Assembly (NCBI RefSeq): GCF_964204645.1
Contig: NC_134028.1
Span: 3,100,001-3,164,000 of the forward strand
Reading direction: 5' to 3'
Length of the DNA: 64,000 nucleotides
DNA from: Tubulanus polymorphus
Lineage: Eukaryota > Animalia > Nemertea
The notes beneath the pieces were generated by a model. That model did not search any database. It worked only from the letters and a program-made list of their open reading frames with translations, and had not been told where the DNA came from. Made by a program: the position numbers and the translations under genes. Positions 26,597-40,900 of this stretch are shown one piece after another (the stretch's first letter is position 1; each line of letters starts with the position of its first letter).

Positions 26597-28604
26597 AGCA
26601 AATGTTGAAATTCGACAGAGAAATCGGCCCTGAAAAATAAAACGGGTTAAAACCTGAAAAATAGAACGGATTAATGAACACTGAACAGTACAGGACAGTA
26701 CGGAGACGAACAGTAACACATAAAACATAAAGACGTCGTTCCTCAGGAAGCAGGAACAGGAGCAGGAACGGGAGCGCAGCGAAAATCGCCAGGAGAATCC
26801 ACGGTAGCATGTTCACAGTGTGAGTAAGCTGAGGTGAATGGTCTATGCTTGTGTACACCGTGGTCAGCCGGTGACGTGTTCAATAGCGCGTATGAATGAT
26901 ATCAACAACTCTGAAAAACCGCAATTGTGTCTCTATTGTTGAATGGATTTACATTATGAAAGGTTCCACCGCCGGGTTGAATACGCGCCAGTAGTCAGCT
27001 GAACAATATAGTAGAGGAACTTTTATAAGGCCATGAAATAAATCACTTGATTCCCAACAGCTACTTCCGAATTCATTAGCCACCGCCTGTTTTTTTTTCT
27101 TAAATTCTAGAATAATTTATAAATTATACCGACCGATAGCACTTCAGTTAAAGATTCACACCATCACAGGTCTTCATATCATACAAACCGCGTAAACATT
27201 TACTAATGAAATTAGTTGATTAGTCACAACTACGAAAGGACAGTTCATGCACCCCGAGATAACTAACTCACACCATGCACGAGGAAAGCGGTCTATTTGA
27301 GTCATTGGGGGAAAACCCACTAATACCATGTATTCACGATTAATCATCATTCATACTGTTATCACAGAATCCCGTCAATAGACAGATTTCATTAAAAAAA
27401 ACTCCTTGATTTAATTGAGGGCTTTTTAATTACTTGGAGCACCGACCCTCTGAAATTCTGCCAAAAACTTCATGCTTACCACTCATAATTTGAAAAAAAA
27501 AACAAATGGTTTTCTTTAATTTTGATACTGGATTAAACGGTACATCAACATGTAAATTTAGGAAAGTCCGTTTCTTGTTCCAATTTACTCTTATATCCCA
27601 TTTTTGATTTTGCTCAGAGTATGGCGGTATCAAATCATGCGTACAGGGTCAGTCTGTCCATGAGGATACTAGTTGCGATAAGTCAGACAAGTCATGATTA
27701 GGCATTAAAGCAATTCACTAAGTGAAAAACTGCCACCTGCCACTTTTTTCTGCATTAAGCGTTAAATTTTGCTTAAGCCTACAAAAATCATGTCATCATT
27801 GATGCCGGTCCTTGGATAGAAGAAAAATAAACTCATAAGAAAAACCATTCAGTAAATGATAATAATAATATTGAGTTTATTAATCACAATGCAATAAAAG
27901 TGGTAATTTTCAATTTGCCTCGTGCAAATTCATACGCTCGCTGTTGTAATGTGGTAACAATTCTCTGGTGAAATTAATCCCTTAAGTTCCTAATCTTTGC
28001 ACGAGTCTACTGTATTTCACAAACTCTTACTCAGAATTTGACAACACCAACTCGGGGTAGAATTTTACCAGTCTCGACTTTACCGCAGTAAGAAACTGAG
28101 TCTACTGTATATCATAAACTCATACTCAGTATTTGACACCAACATGTGGTTTGTGAAAATATCCGATCGTGAAACTAAACGATACGAAACACATGGTTGT
28201 GGTTTTTTTTCGGAATTTGACTACCCAGGCAACACCCTTTCGTTGAATGTCCACTTTCATGGAGCAACCCGTGGCCGGCGTTAATAGATAGCCGATACAG
28301 CTAATGGAACTGATTAGATTAGAGAAATTGCCCCCTCGCCAAATGTATGTTTGATTTCAGGTAGCTATTTCGGCGATTTAGCTCTATTTAGACATAACAC
28401 ATCACATGCTAAGAATCGTGAACCCACCACCGGTAGCACGGTGTATAATCGACAGACTTCTAATTTATCAAATGGAAATATTTGTTCACATCGAACGCCG
28501 GAAGTTTGGTTAGATTGCATTTTTCACTGAACGTGCAAATAAAACATGTCTCGTTTATATACTCAGGTTTAGTTTTTCCCGTCGTTTAACTAGAAGTGTA
28601 CGGA

Positions 28605-31572
28605 ATGCTAGTTTCATCGAATTTGACCTGTCGGATTGTGGTAAGAATTAGATTAAAAACACCTTTCATTTGGACCATCATAATTGTCACCTTTCATTTC
28701 GGACTATGGATTTATTTCAGAGATAAATCGAGTAGATATGGATGCACACCAGAATCTGACGTATAAATGATTTGTGCTTTTGTGAATAAAAAACTGTTTG
28801 ATTTTGTTGACATTTTTTCGAAATTCTTACTACAAATCTCTTGCTTTTCTCTAGTTCCTAGTCTTGGTTTCTGTGCAGGGTTTGATTTGTAAGTATAGCC
28901 CGAATAACTACGTTACTTTTCAACCGATAAAATGTACAAATTTGGGAATCATTCATTATGGCGGATTTTTATAGGTGATGATTTAGCCAGAGAACTAGAG
29001 ACTTCTAATGCGGGTATGACTTACTAACGCGAGGCTTGTGTTCAAAAATCGTGTCTCCCATCACACACGTCTAATCGGTCTCAACGTTACTTTCTTTCAA
29101 ACAGGTGCCTTTGAAGGTGACATAGAATTTGGTGATAGTGTAAGTATTTCATTAAGTAGTGTAGCATATTATTTACATACGTATCTAGAACGTCATTGGA
29201 AAAGGTAACAAGATGGTAAATTCCAGCGCTGACCCTTTCGTGATTTCTTTACAAGTAGATGATGTAGTTTTTGGTAATTTGTTTTTAGTTCAGAAATGCT
29301 GTAAAATATGAATTTCAAACATGGCCGGGTGGAATGGTACCATACGATTTAGGAAACGAATATGGTAATTTAATCATTTTTCTCTCTGAGACTAAAACTG
29401 AAAGAAATTTTCATTGACAATAAATCGAAATGGAAGCGTTCAAAAATGAAATCATCGCGTATTTCAGACCAAGAATCCCAAAAGAATATCAGGAAAGCTA
29501 TGGATAAAATCGAGGATGAGACTGCAATCGAGGGCATACCTTGCATCGTATTCTGGCCGAAAATGGGAATAGAAACTGATTGGATAAAATTCAAAAATGA
29601 TCGAGGGTAGAGAAATGTTATTTCATTAAACATGCGCTCTTCAGTTTGATCGAACGTCGTATTTTTCATTCTGATCGGAATCGTTATGTTTTCAGCTGTT
29701 CAACGACTGTAGGACGGGCCGGTAACGGTGAACAATATTCCTACCTGGCTCCGAAATGTGCGAAACATTTCGGTGTGACGATGCACGAACTGGTACACGC
29801 GTTAGGATTCTGGCACGAACAAAATAGATCTGATAGGGATAAATACGTCGAAATCAAATGGGATAATATAAAGCCGGGTATACACACAATATCGGCTTAT
29901 AGTGTCTTTATTCTTGAAAGTAACCGTACGTAATGTTCGAATATTCTAAAACCTAAAATTTCAGAACGAATGTGGAACTTCCGTCAGTTAGAAGCGGAAA
30001 GCAGTGACAATCTCGGTACTGAATACGATTACGACAGCCTCATGCATTATGGACCCGATTATTTCAAGAAGGACGGCGCCGGTCCAACGATCGTACCGAA
30101 GAAATCAGGCGTCACAATTGGCCAACGTACACACCTCAGCAAAATAGACATCGACAGAATCCGAAAGCTTTATAAATGCACAGGTTATTATTGAGAGAAA
30201 TTCTGTGCCATAGAAATAGAAAAACATCGGATCAATTCTTTTCTTTATTTTTTTTCTTCAAAATGTTAATTGTAGGTATCGAAAGAAAAACAGTTACAAG
30301 TAAGTTATCGCGATTGAAGCATACAATTCAGTTTCAAATATCTCATTTCCAGTTTTACAAGCTTATTCCTTCGATGAGCAAATACCTGACTAGAGCTTAC
30401 TTCATGTCACGGTTTTATATTGTAGAGGCACCTAAGCAGCTTCCCAGAATTTCAAAACCATCCAGTAAGTTTCTAAGCTATTCACCGGTGGGAAAATACC
30501 CCAAAGAAATGATTAGGAACTCTAGAGACAATTTGTTCCACTATAAAAATTTCAGACTTCAAGAAGTCGTGCGACTTCGAAAAAAACACTTGTGGCTTTG
30601 CCGAAATGTCAAGCGATTTGAAGATTAAATGGACGCGAACTCAAGCTAAATCTGGAACTGGACCAAAGAACGATCATACAACTGGTTCTGCGAATGGTAA
30701 CCATGTTTCCCTCAATCAACCCATCACGTATTTTCCGTTGCGTCCTGTGTTTTGTGAGTAGGTTTCACATTTCTTCATTTTTGAAATGTGTCTGCTCGTT
30801 TTTTTTTCGCAAGGCTGGTCGATGGTTATGGATGGAACTCAAGCACCGGACGCCGGAACTTGGACTAGGATGATGTTACACGATATTCCGGAGAGCAATA
30901 ACGGATATTGTTTGACGTACTGGTACAACGTCAAAGGTAACGAAACTGGTTTCATTCGGACGTTTGTCAGCAATACCGAGTACGGCTATAGACGAGTGGC
31001 TGAAGACATCGCTGATAAGTCTGGCAAGTGGAAAAAATTTACCTGGCATTTTGGCGCATCAGTTAAATTACGGGTATGTGTGAAATACTTTATTTCATAT
31101 TCATCCACAATTATGATTCAACTTTGTTTCAGGCGATAAGAACAATCTAGATACAATCTAAGTTGATGGTCAATTGTCGCCTAGGAAAAATGACCCGACA
31201 GTACCTCATCGTTTGCAAACGGGTTTGACTTTTATTCTAACCAGTTTCACCGGTTCCGAGGGAGCTCTTTTGTCGTATTGGGCGAATCCGCAGACGCACT
31301 AGTATAGGTTAACCCTGCCTTACTGCGAGGCTATGTACTGACCGCAAAGGTCCCGTGTGACCGTCGTTTACTGTTCATAGCTTATTTGATATAAGATACT
31401 AAAAAGTGCATAGATCTTAAGCGAAACGACTGAAGTTAAGATAATGGATCCGATAAAGATTTGATTTGATTATATTTCTCTATTTCAGCTTTCTATAGAT
31501 GTTCTGTTATTTGGAGCTGGTACACCTCAAACAGCTATCGATGATCTAGACTTGAAGCCAGGAAAGTGCTGA
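28605..31572 (+). CDS. Secreted astacin (M12A) zinc metalloprotease with C-terminal MAM domain (~435 aa)
   Basis: Exons 28605-28640, 28855-28888, 28975-29013, 29105-29139, 29289-29364, 29468-29606, 29696-29877, 29965-30183, 30276-30299, 30426-30464, 30556-30696, 30814-31073, 31489-31572. Motifs: hydrophobic signal peptide; propeptide FEGDI; R/NA activation site; HELVHALGFWHEQNRSDRD zinc motif; SLMHY Met-turn; MAM CDFE..TCG, GP..DHTTG, CLTYWY, AIDDL. AATAAA at 31594-31599. Confidence 0.95.
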
Positions 31573-31970
31573 AAGATTATTCCTTTCTTTCGAAATAAAA
31601 TGGATGTTGATTTCAATAATTGAGCCCAATTGTTTTTTCTGTTCTTACATTCTAGTTTGTGCTTTAGTCCTTGATATTCCATTAATATGTTTTAATTAAG
31701 AAAACAAGGCTTGCTCGATGAATCTAATGTTGGACTCATCAATTTCTTGTAAATAATGATTTTCAATGTACATGTAATCTTTATTTGTCCAGCTCTATAG
31801 TCTCCTCATTCAGACTTGCAGCACATCTTCTAATCATCTGTCACCACTATTACATGCATAATGCCTGGTCCTAAAACATCTATCATCCAAACCAAACCAA
31901 CTCCACAAACTTCATTATAATAACCATTTTATTATTTGAAGTTAACATGATTAATGAAATTCTTTGGCAT

Positions 31971-34900
31971 TCACTGTTTAGCGGAATGTACATTGAATGT
32001 ATATTCTTTAGTAAACGACTCTGTTAATGCGTCATCGAGGCTTTTCATCGCTCGCCAATGCAGTTTACTACTATTAGATGGATTGCCTTCGGGATGTCTG
32101 AGTTCCAGTCGAATATAATCGAGCCAAATATCTAGAATACGATGAACAAATATTTCAATTGAATGATGTTGAACTCTTTGAGTTTGTATCTGTTTAAATC
32201 ATGTACTGAACCAACAAACCTATATCATCTTTTCCATAGTCATTAATTGCATCTTCGAAAACTTGTCGCAAATAATTCATTTTTTGAGGTTCCTGAAATA
32301 ACAAAGTTAAAACCGTTACAAAATATTTCAACAATTCGTACCGAAAATTCGATGATTGCGAAGATGATAGTTACCTGAGACATTTCAATATCGATATACC
32401 TTCGATAGAAAGCTAACGAAACTGGTTTTAGATGCGATAACCTGAAAAGAGAGTTAATTTCCCCATTTAGCTGTATCTGTCTAGGAATGGTGAAATTTGT
32501 CAGACTCTGCTGCTCAATCTAAACAAACCTTTGGTACAATTTTCTAGTCTTCTTTATTCCAGTTGCCGAACACCAGCCTAAGTACCATTCTTTCAGTGGT
32601 TCGCTTATTTCCCGATTTTTCAGCAGCCCAGACTACAGAAACAAAGGCCATAAATACATCAATATCTTGGATAATTAATCGCAACATTTTTCTATAAGTT
32701 ACTAACTCTACCTCGAAGAAGTCAATAATTTTAGGCGATGCAGTCATTCTGTACCAGTCATTCATCAGCTTCCATAACGTTGCCTGTTGCTATAAGAAAA
32801 TTGAATGCATCAGTTGAGAATAACAGCAGTTCGCGAATCGTTTTTAATGAATATTGACAGTATCAAACCTGTAGATCTGTGCAGTCGATTGATTTATTGA
32901 AAGTGTCTTCGATCAGTTCAGCTGCATTTTCAGTCTTGATAAGCAGTGTTAAACGCATGTGCCATAGTTTCACAGATTTCACATGTTTACTCGTCGATGT
33001 TGTCGCTACGTCGCAGGCTTTGTCAATTTCACCAGCGTTCACAAGAGTTGTGATCTGGAAGCGTAGGAAGAAGGCTACCGCTTTAAAAAGATTCTACAAA
33101 CAGTTTTTTCCAGATTTCTTCTAAAACATTCAAATGACTGATTCTCTTTGGTGAAGCTCATTAGAGCAGAGAAATTAAATGCCTTATTTCCAAAAGAGTT
33201 ACGAGTTGGGCTTTTAACGAGATGACGAGAATCTAGGCATCGTCAATCTTTGAACATGAATGAATGTCTTCTCCCTTGATACAACTCATACTATAAGTGG
33301 CAGATGCCAGCATCAGTGATATGGCCCCTTATCAGGCTGAAAGCTGAATCTCAAATTGCTAAGCTAACTCACCCAGTCGACATACGAATCCGCGTTTAAG
33401 AGATCTTTTTTCGAAGCTTCCTGGAAAACGCTCAACGTTCGCGACAATCTCTGAAAATATACATGGATTTCACTAAACCGTGGTTATTGTATATAATTCA
33501 TTTAACCACACAACTCCCTGGCCACGGTTTATGATAAACATGCTTCGCAAACATTTCGTTTCCCTTTTTTGTGAAAATGAGAAATTTGTGCAAGCGGTCT
33601 CGATGGGCACGATGACACAGAAGAAATGAAGCAACCTATTTGGGAATGTGATAAATGAATAGAGGTCTCTCAGTCGATACACGCCGCTATTTATCATGTT
33701 CACGAAGCTAAGAGGATAGTCGAGATAAAACTTATTGATGGCTGCTTGGCGTTGAGGCTGTACCGGTGACAATCTGCAGTAGAATGCGCCTCATTAGTTT
33801 TCACTTCAGGCAGACGTGTGTGAAATTCACAGTGACAGGAAGTTGTGCGGCGTTTCCAATAGCCCAAACGGATGACTTTTTTAACGATTAATCCAAATTC
33901 CCAACGACTGAATTCAAGAAATTACACCCAGCTTGTCATATCTAAAATGACAAATAACCCTCAAATACTAAGGACTGATTCCAGATATCTTATTGCCATT
34001 GAGTTTATACATCATCCGTCATTTCACAACTCTCTTAAACCACGATTACACAAGTGTCTTGGCCCGGGCCAAATCATCTCTGTGTGATCGCGGCTTCACT
34101 TCTACGGCCCTATTCTAGAATGCGTTGCTGGAGCCCAGGAGGCATGATCATTTCTATCAGCCTACTCTTTGACTGGTCGACCCAGAAACATGTGCCATCG
34201 GCTACTAATAAGCTATTTATAAGGAAATACTGACACAATGGATAATGGTGGGCAATGAATAAAATGTCTCTCAGGAAGCCAAATGCAATATTACATACAT
34301 AAAATATTGATCATGACAGACTTGTTTTTAAGAGAATCATTCGGGCATTCAGTCTAAATGGGCAATTTCGCTAAGTCGTACATCTCCCCAAACTCCGCAC
34401 CGGACTTCACTTACATAACTGATCAAATCAATCAAGCAAGAACTTTTCTAAAGCACAAAAAGACCTTTCAGAAAGTGAGCCAATCGTTGGTATGTTTCGG
34501 AAGTTCCTTTCTCCTTCTGTAAGGTTATAAAACTTACCCATTCCCTTAATGATTGTGAGGACTTTCTCTTGAGTCTTTTTAAGCACGTTTCGAGGTAGAA
34601 CTGCCACATTTTCTCTGCAAGATCAATCGAGAAGATTGTAAGTATGATTCCGTACCACCAGATCGACAAACTCAAATCTTCTAGTTGCCAAGAGAAATTT
34701 TGGTCACCGTAGTTTCTCTTCTTATGGTGCAAGCTGGAACTGGTTGCCAGCAGACATCAGATAGTTGATGACATCGTCACATAATAGATATCATAGAGCG
34801 TTTAGAGTTTTTTTTCGGAATAGTGCTATATAAAAACTTTCTACAATTATTATCGTTATTATGAAATATTGTAGGGTATTTGGCATATGTCTACTGTTGA

Positions 34901-37900
34901 ATCAGATGAATCTTCTGTTCGAGCATAGAACCAAACGGAAACAGGATCAAATAGCAATCAATAATTCACCGATCATTGATCGATTAATGGTTTAGAAAGC
35001 GTTAATCGTTAATTGTTGTTATTTACTCAATTCTTTCGTCATCGTTTGCACCAATTCTCAGGTAAACTGTCTCCCGAGTTACAGAGTAAACACCGTTAAT
35101 CAAACAGAAGCTTGAGAATTACTCGCAAATAAACAAATATTCGTGAGATGTACAATAGACAGGGGGCAGGCGGCTGGTGTGGCCGATTGAGAATCTATGG
35201 CAGATATTAATTCAATATCTTTAGCGTACGTTTCCTCGTTGATTCTTTTCTGTGGCTTCATCATATTTGTGGATATCACAATGCTTCAGTGAGGGGAGAT
35301 CCCTCTTAAGCCGGGCGTAGGTCGGCCTTGCGACGCGATCGTCGCGTTGCGTCACAAGTGGTCGGTTGCGATGCGGTTGTCAGCGACTGTGTGCGACTAG
35401 TTGCTGCCAGTCGCAACATCACGCAGGTCGGTTGCGACGGTCGCAGAAAGTAGAACATGTGCGACTCACTGCGACTGGCGTCGCTGGCAGTCGCAACCCG
35501 TCGCTGGCAGTCGCAAGGTAGCGTAGGTCGGTGAGTCGTTGCGACGCGATCGTCGCTGGCGGTCGCAGTGAGTCGCGTCGCAGTGAGTCGCAAGCCGTCG
35601 CAAGGCCGACCTACGCCCGCCTTTAGGCCAACTTCGGTTAATCTTTTGTTTTCGAAAATGGTTTTTTGAGGTCTTAAGATCTCTTCGCAGTGTTTGTTTT
35701 TGTTCGGAATGATGAAATGTTCGAATTCGATGTTTAGCTTATCTTCGATGAACGTTTCCCGGGGGATGTGACATGACTTAACAGCCTGCGAGACAAACGG
35801 CTTCTCCAAGTAAACTATTTGACATTTCGCGATCATTCTAGACACGTTTTGCTGAAAACGAGTTCCCAAGCTGCGGGAGAATGAAATACCAATCACTCCG
35901 GCTGAAAAAAACCGTGTCTGAACTCGATAGACGTGGGACTGTACTGAACGAAGACTTAAGTTTCATGAAGCCTATTTAAGCCGGTATTCTGAAGGGACGA
36001 ATATTTTCATCATTATATCATGGCTCGAAGATATTCGTTTCTCATCTGACTTCGGAGATCAAACAGATTTTTTCTTAAACCCGAGTGGCTATAGGCGTAG
36101 CGCTCGCTAATACGAGACAATCCCTAGACAAGACGAAATAAGAGCTACAAGGCAATCCGAATAATGAAATTTGGACCAATACGAGAATGTTTCTGGGTAT
36201 TAACTGAATGCTTATAGAAGGTATTATTTTCAGATTTGTGTGTGTCTGTTAATGTTTACTCTTATGCACTTGACATATTGTCAGCAACGACAAAAGCATT
36301 TGACAGTCAATATGAACAACATTAGTTTTCTTTTCTTCATTCTTGTCAAGTGTAAATTGTAATTTCACCGCTTGTTGTTCAGATTGAAAATGCAAGGTAG
36401 ACAAAAAACTTGTACTGTCTACAACAACATAGAAAATCATGTAATATTGGACCGAAAAGGCACCGTCTTAAAGAACAGTAACGGTAGTTAATCAGGGATC
36501 GCCACTTTTATTTGTCTTACTTTTTCCCTGACTTTTCCCTGACTTGATCTGTTAAGAACACAATCAAGAACATAAGACACAGACAGAAACTTTTTTATTT
36601 TAGGTGATCTAGCTATTCCCTGACTTGTGGCCACCCTGTAATGCTACACTGATATTTTGGATCCAAACAGTGATCTGGGCTGATACAAAGCCACAACTCA
36701 ATACAAGGGTCTGCCTAGTTGGCTCAGTGAGGTCTTCATTTCATTTGACCCTAAATCTGAGGTCATTTATAGTAACTTCACGTATATAACAGCGTTTCAG
36801 ATGAGACACTCGTCATCAAATGACAATAGGTTACACTTCAAGCTGTGATGAAGCGAATAAGGGTAAATACAACTAGAGATGAATCTGTCACACTTAATAT
36901 AGCGCGACGGACTAATAACATCCAAAATACAAACAGTAGGGGGTGACACATGTTACACATAATCAATACGCATTGAAACTAGAAGACCTTAATCTCTTAA
37001 TGTTTTAAGGACTAATGGCTTAGAGAGGCATTTGAGTGCACGAACCATGACATATCTATTTATTCATTGAGATCCAGGCCTTACACATTATACGCAGGTT
37101 ATGTAAAAACAACAATCCTCGAGACAAACCCATTTCCGACTAATTCATAAAAAAATTAATCTAGTATTTTGTACTCCATGCATACAACGTAACCATTTCT
37201 CGATATGAAAAATTATTCGAGCCAATTAACGAACTACGACTGAAATTAATTGGAAACAAACTTGGAGCCGAAATGCATCAGACTCGCGATAACCTTTACT
37301 ATCAACTGTCACAACGCAGAATGTATAACAATGTTTGAATGTATAATCTAATATATACTGTAACGAGGATAATTCAATTAATTTGGCCTCGTAAAAATTA
37401 GATTTTCAATTATGACGCCAATAAGTGAACCACTATACACACTATAACATATAAACCATCCAATTCTCAGGGAATATTCATGTTGAAGAAATGGGAAATA
37501 GTCTTCTGCACTAAAAACATTATTCTAAATTCATAATTCTGCTGGGAATGTTTCATTTTGTCCAAACAAAAATTGATCTTTCATAATCATGAGCCTTTTC
37601 TTTGTTAATTCAATGAGGCTCAGATAATTATAATGCGTCCTGTTCCTTTTTCAAAATTTTCATTCTATGTTTCTTAGTAAAATATTGATAAAATGGATAT
37701 AAAACAGGGTAATTATGACAATGGCGCGAGTATGGAACTATTACAGTATGAATTATAGGATGTACCGTTAAGTGCTCTCAACATGATGTTTCGTTACTAG
37801 ATTTTTTTCTACCTATCTCGTCGAGTTTGTCGTCGTCCACTTCATCGGTGCAAATAAAGTGCTTCAGTTCTTTTTTCCACGTGTACATGAGTTTTTGACA

Positions 37901-40900
37901 TTGTGTATAAAAACGTAAGGTAAAACACGACCGAATTCAATAATAACGCGTTACATTCTCTAGGTATAAACTTCTCGTATATCTATACAAGTCAACGCAC
38001 CTGAGACTGTACAGTGATTTAGAACACGTACGGGACGCCCCTGCACAACACGGGACGCCTGTGCTCAACACAGGATGCCCGTGCTCAACACGGGACGCCC
38101 GCGCACAACACGCTAACTTCTAATTACCATGTAAAGACATTAATAAATTAGACATCGTACTGCTCATATCACCCCTATATAACACTAGTACTTTACTCTC
38201 TCCGACAATGAATCACCATCCTTTTAGAAGTTTCAGGCGGGGTACATGATCGCGACTGATACAGTACATCACCGGATCATGGTGGCCAAGTGATGCATGG
38301 CAGATTAGGTAAACGAACAGCTAGTTTCATGTATGATAGAAAATTTGTCCCGCCGGACAATTCAAAGATGGCACTGGTTCAGCTGAATGTCTTTACTATA
38401 CGAATACAGTGTTCACATCAGAAGCCAGCCACATCTATCTTCCTACTTGGTCTCGCATTACTATATTGAATCTTTCTTCCTCTTTCTTTGCAGACACATT
38501 ATTCAGTAATCATTTATTCAGTTCACATGATCGATTAGTAATAAACGTCAACCAAATGGAGAGCAAACCGGACATGATGAAAAGCGCCAGGAAACCGCAC
38601 GTTTAGATGTGAATGGTTGAAAAATTGACGCTAAGTACACACGAGATCGGTCATTAATACGAGGTCTAAAACAATTCTGTTCACGGTGTTGAGAGGTTGA
38701 GTTGTGGTTTAAACCAACAGTCAATCCCGGGTCTCATCAAATCCGCTTTGAATCCTTCCCGGTGAATGCGAGTTCTTTCCATGACATCGGAAAGATTCCA
38801 GACATCTTCACCGATAATAACAGGATGGAGTTTATGGTTTACGAGTTCCATATAGATTGATACATGTACCTGCTGATCGGCACGATAATACGAGTAACCT
38901 TCAGAATACTGAGTTATAAGTACTCCTACAACATTAAATACATGATATACATCTGCGCGCGATAATAAACCTTGCGTAATTAATAAGTGTTCCGCTAAAA
39001 ACAACGTTTAATGTAACTGTAATTCATTGTTATAACATATGTATAGAGTTATTAGATGATATTATAGGATTACGGGGCAAGCCTGGGTGTGAAATCTCAT
39101 TAATCAAGTCACTAGTCAATTAGTTGGGGTAATTTGCAACGAACGCCGCGCGCAAGAGAGAGAGAGGGAGGGAGGGAGGGAGAGAGAGAGAGAGGGAGGG
39201 AGGGAGAGAGGGAGAGAGGGAGAGAGGGAGAGAGGGAGAGAGGGAGAGAGGGAGAGAGGGAGAGAGGGAGAGAGGGAGAGAGGGAGAGAGGGAGAGAGGG
39301 AGAGAGGGAGAGAGGGAGAGGGAGAGAGGGAGAGAGGGAGAGAGGGAGAGAGGGAGAGGAGAGAGGGAGAGGGAGAGAGGGAGAGAGGGAGAGGGAGAGA
39401 GGGAGAGAGGGAGAGAGGGAGAGAGGGAGAGAGAGTAGCGAAAATGAGCCGCATAAATCAAACAATAATCACACGTATTTTATTCAAATTGATCTAACCT
39501 GCGATATTTTTTCTCTCGTTTTGGTGAGATGTCGGTGCTACGTTGTGTTTCTCGCCAGACTGTGAAAGATCCTCGGAGAAAACCAAAATATCTTATCGGT
39601 CGATAATATGACAGGAGTCAGATTGATGATCTCGGGAATTTTCAAATTTTTCCCCTCTTTACAATTGGCTTTCACATCTTTCAGAACAAAATACCAGGAT
39701 TTCTATATCGCGAAGCACATCAAACATGTAATAAACCAGGATGTTTTTACACGATTTTTCCAGATTGATTACATTTTTTTCACATAGTTTTCAGTTACGT
39801 TTGACCCAATATTTTAACCCTAGAGTAAAATATCAACCAATATTGAGAGGAACTGTAGAACTGAACTGAATTCATAGATATTTGCATACATTAACCAAGT
39901 CTTGATTGAACGCAGTTGGTTTCAGACGAATCAACCTATATTTGCTCCGTCCAATTTTCTTCAATAATGAACTTTCTGTCTCCTTTGTCAAATTATAAAT
40001 ACGCGCTTCATTTATCAATCACAACTGCGTATTAACTACTAACTGATTAATGAACTCGACAGCGTGAATATACCGAAACAAAGTCGACTCCTGAGGGATC
40101 AGTACTCAACTCGCTGTTGCATGAAAAAAACCAAGCACTGCAAGCAATGAATAGACAAATACAGTATAATCCTCTTTACTGACGTTCTGTATCAGATATG
40201 AACAATAAACAATTACTAATAAACCAAGATTTGAGATAATTAAATATTTCATCGCATGATTCGATAGACTGCACCTCTTTCGCCTAATAAGGTCAGTCCA
40301 CAGACTAATTCAAGGTCTTAATACACTAATTATATATAATCCTGTTAAACTGTTGATTTTACAGATTTCGAAGCAGCCAAAACGGGTTTAATTGTTAATC
40401 AGTTTAAACACGAACATTTCCACTGAGGGTCTGGGATCAGTGCACTTCAGCACTTCCCAGCCAACTGTTAATAACTCGTACAGTCATTTTTTCTGAATTC
40501 TGAATTTCCTCAAACGGAGACCGCTCAACCGGGATTTTTTTCTTAAACGCCGAACGGGCATATCGCGGAACGGGCGTCGTCGTCGTCTTATACATTAGTA
40601 AGCTCAGCTCGAGGCGTAAACACTAAAAGATTTATATGTTCCATTGTTATTCGGAATTAGAGTTAGCTGAAACATGAGGCTGTATTTCAATGAACGCATC
40701 AACGAAGGTAAGAGTTTTCTATATTTGGCTTTAACTGATTATTTGTCTAATGAGGGATAAAATTGGCTTTTGATGATATCAATTGCTTTGAATAATTGAT
40801 ATCAGGTATGATAAGATGGATAATATGCATATTTCATCGGCGTCCAAACACAAGTAATATCATGGCTATGAAGTACGGAAGCTCCAAATAATTAAACATC

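Noticed and set aside
26469-26858. 129-aa ORF with a signal-peptide-like start (MLPWILLAIFAALPFLLLFLLP)
   Set aside because: The hydrophobicity partly derives from a short GCAGGAAC repeat. The frame runs through acceptor-like tracts into the inverted-repeat arm with no domain. A small peptide cannot be fully excluded.
35306-35896. 196-aa ORF
   Set aside because: The C-terminal half is read through a GC-rich MITE. Removing the MITE gives a stop within a few codons, and there is no recognisable domain.
36369-36418. Possible mutually exclusive UTP6 exon with the same phases as exon 34538-34614
   Set aside because: The donor is weak, and the peptide ([17 protein letters not shown]) does not resemble the UTP6 segment, which 34538-34614 matches well.
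39112-39565. SLPLSL and GRERE ORFs
   Set aside because: Translation of a GA simple repeat.
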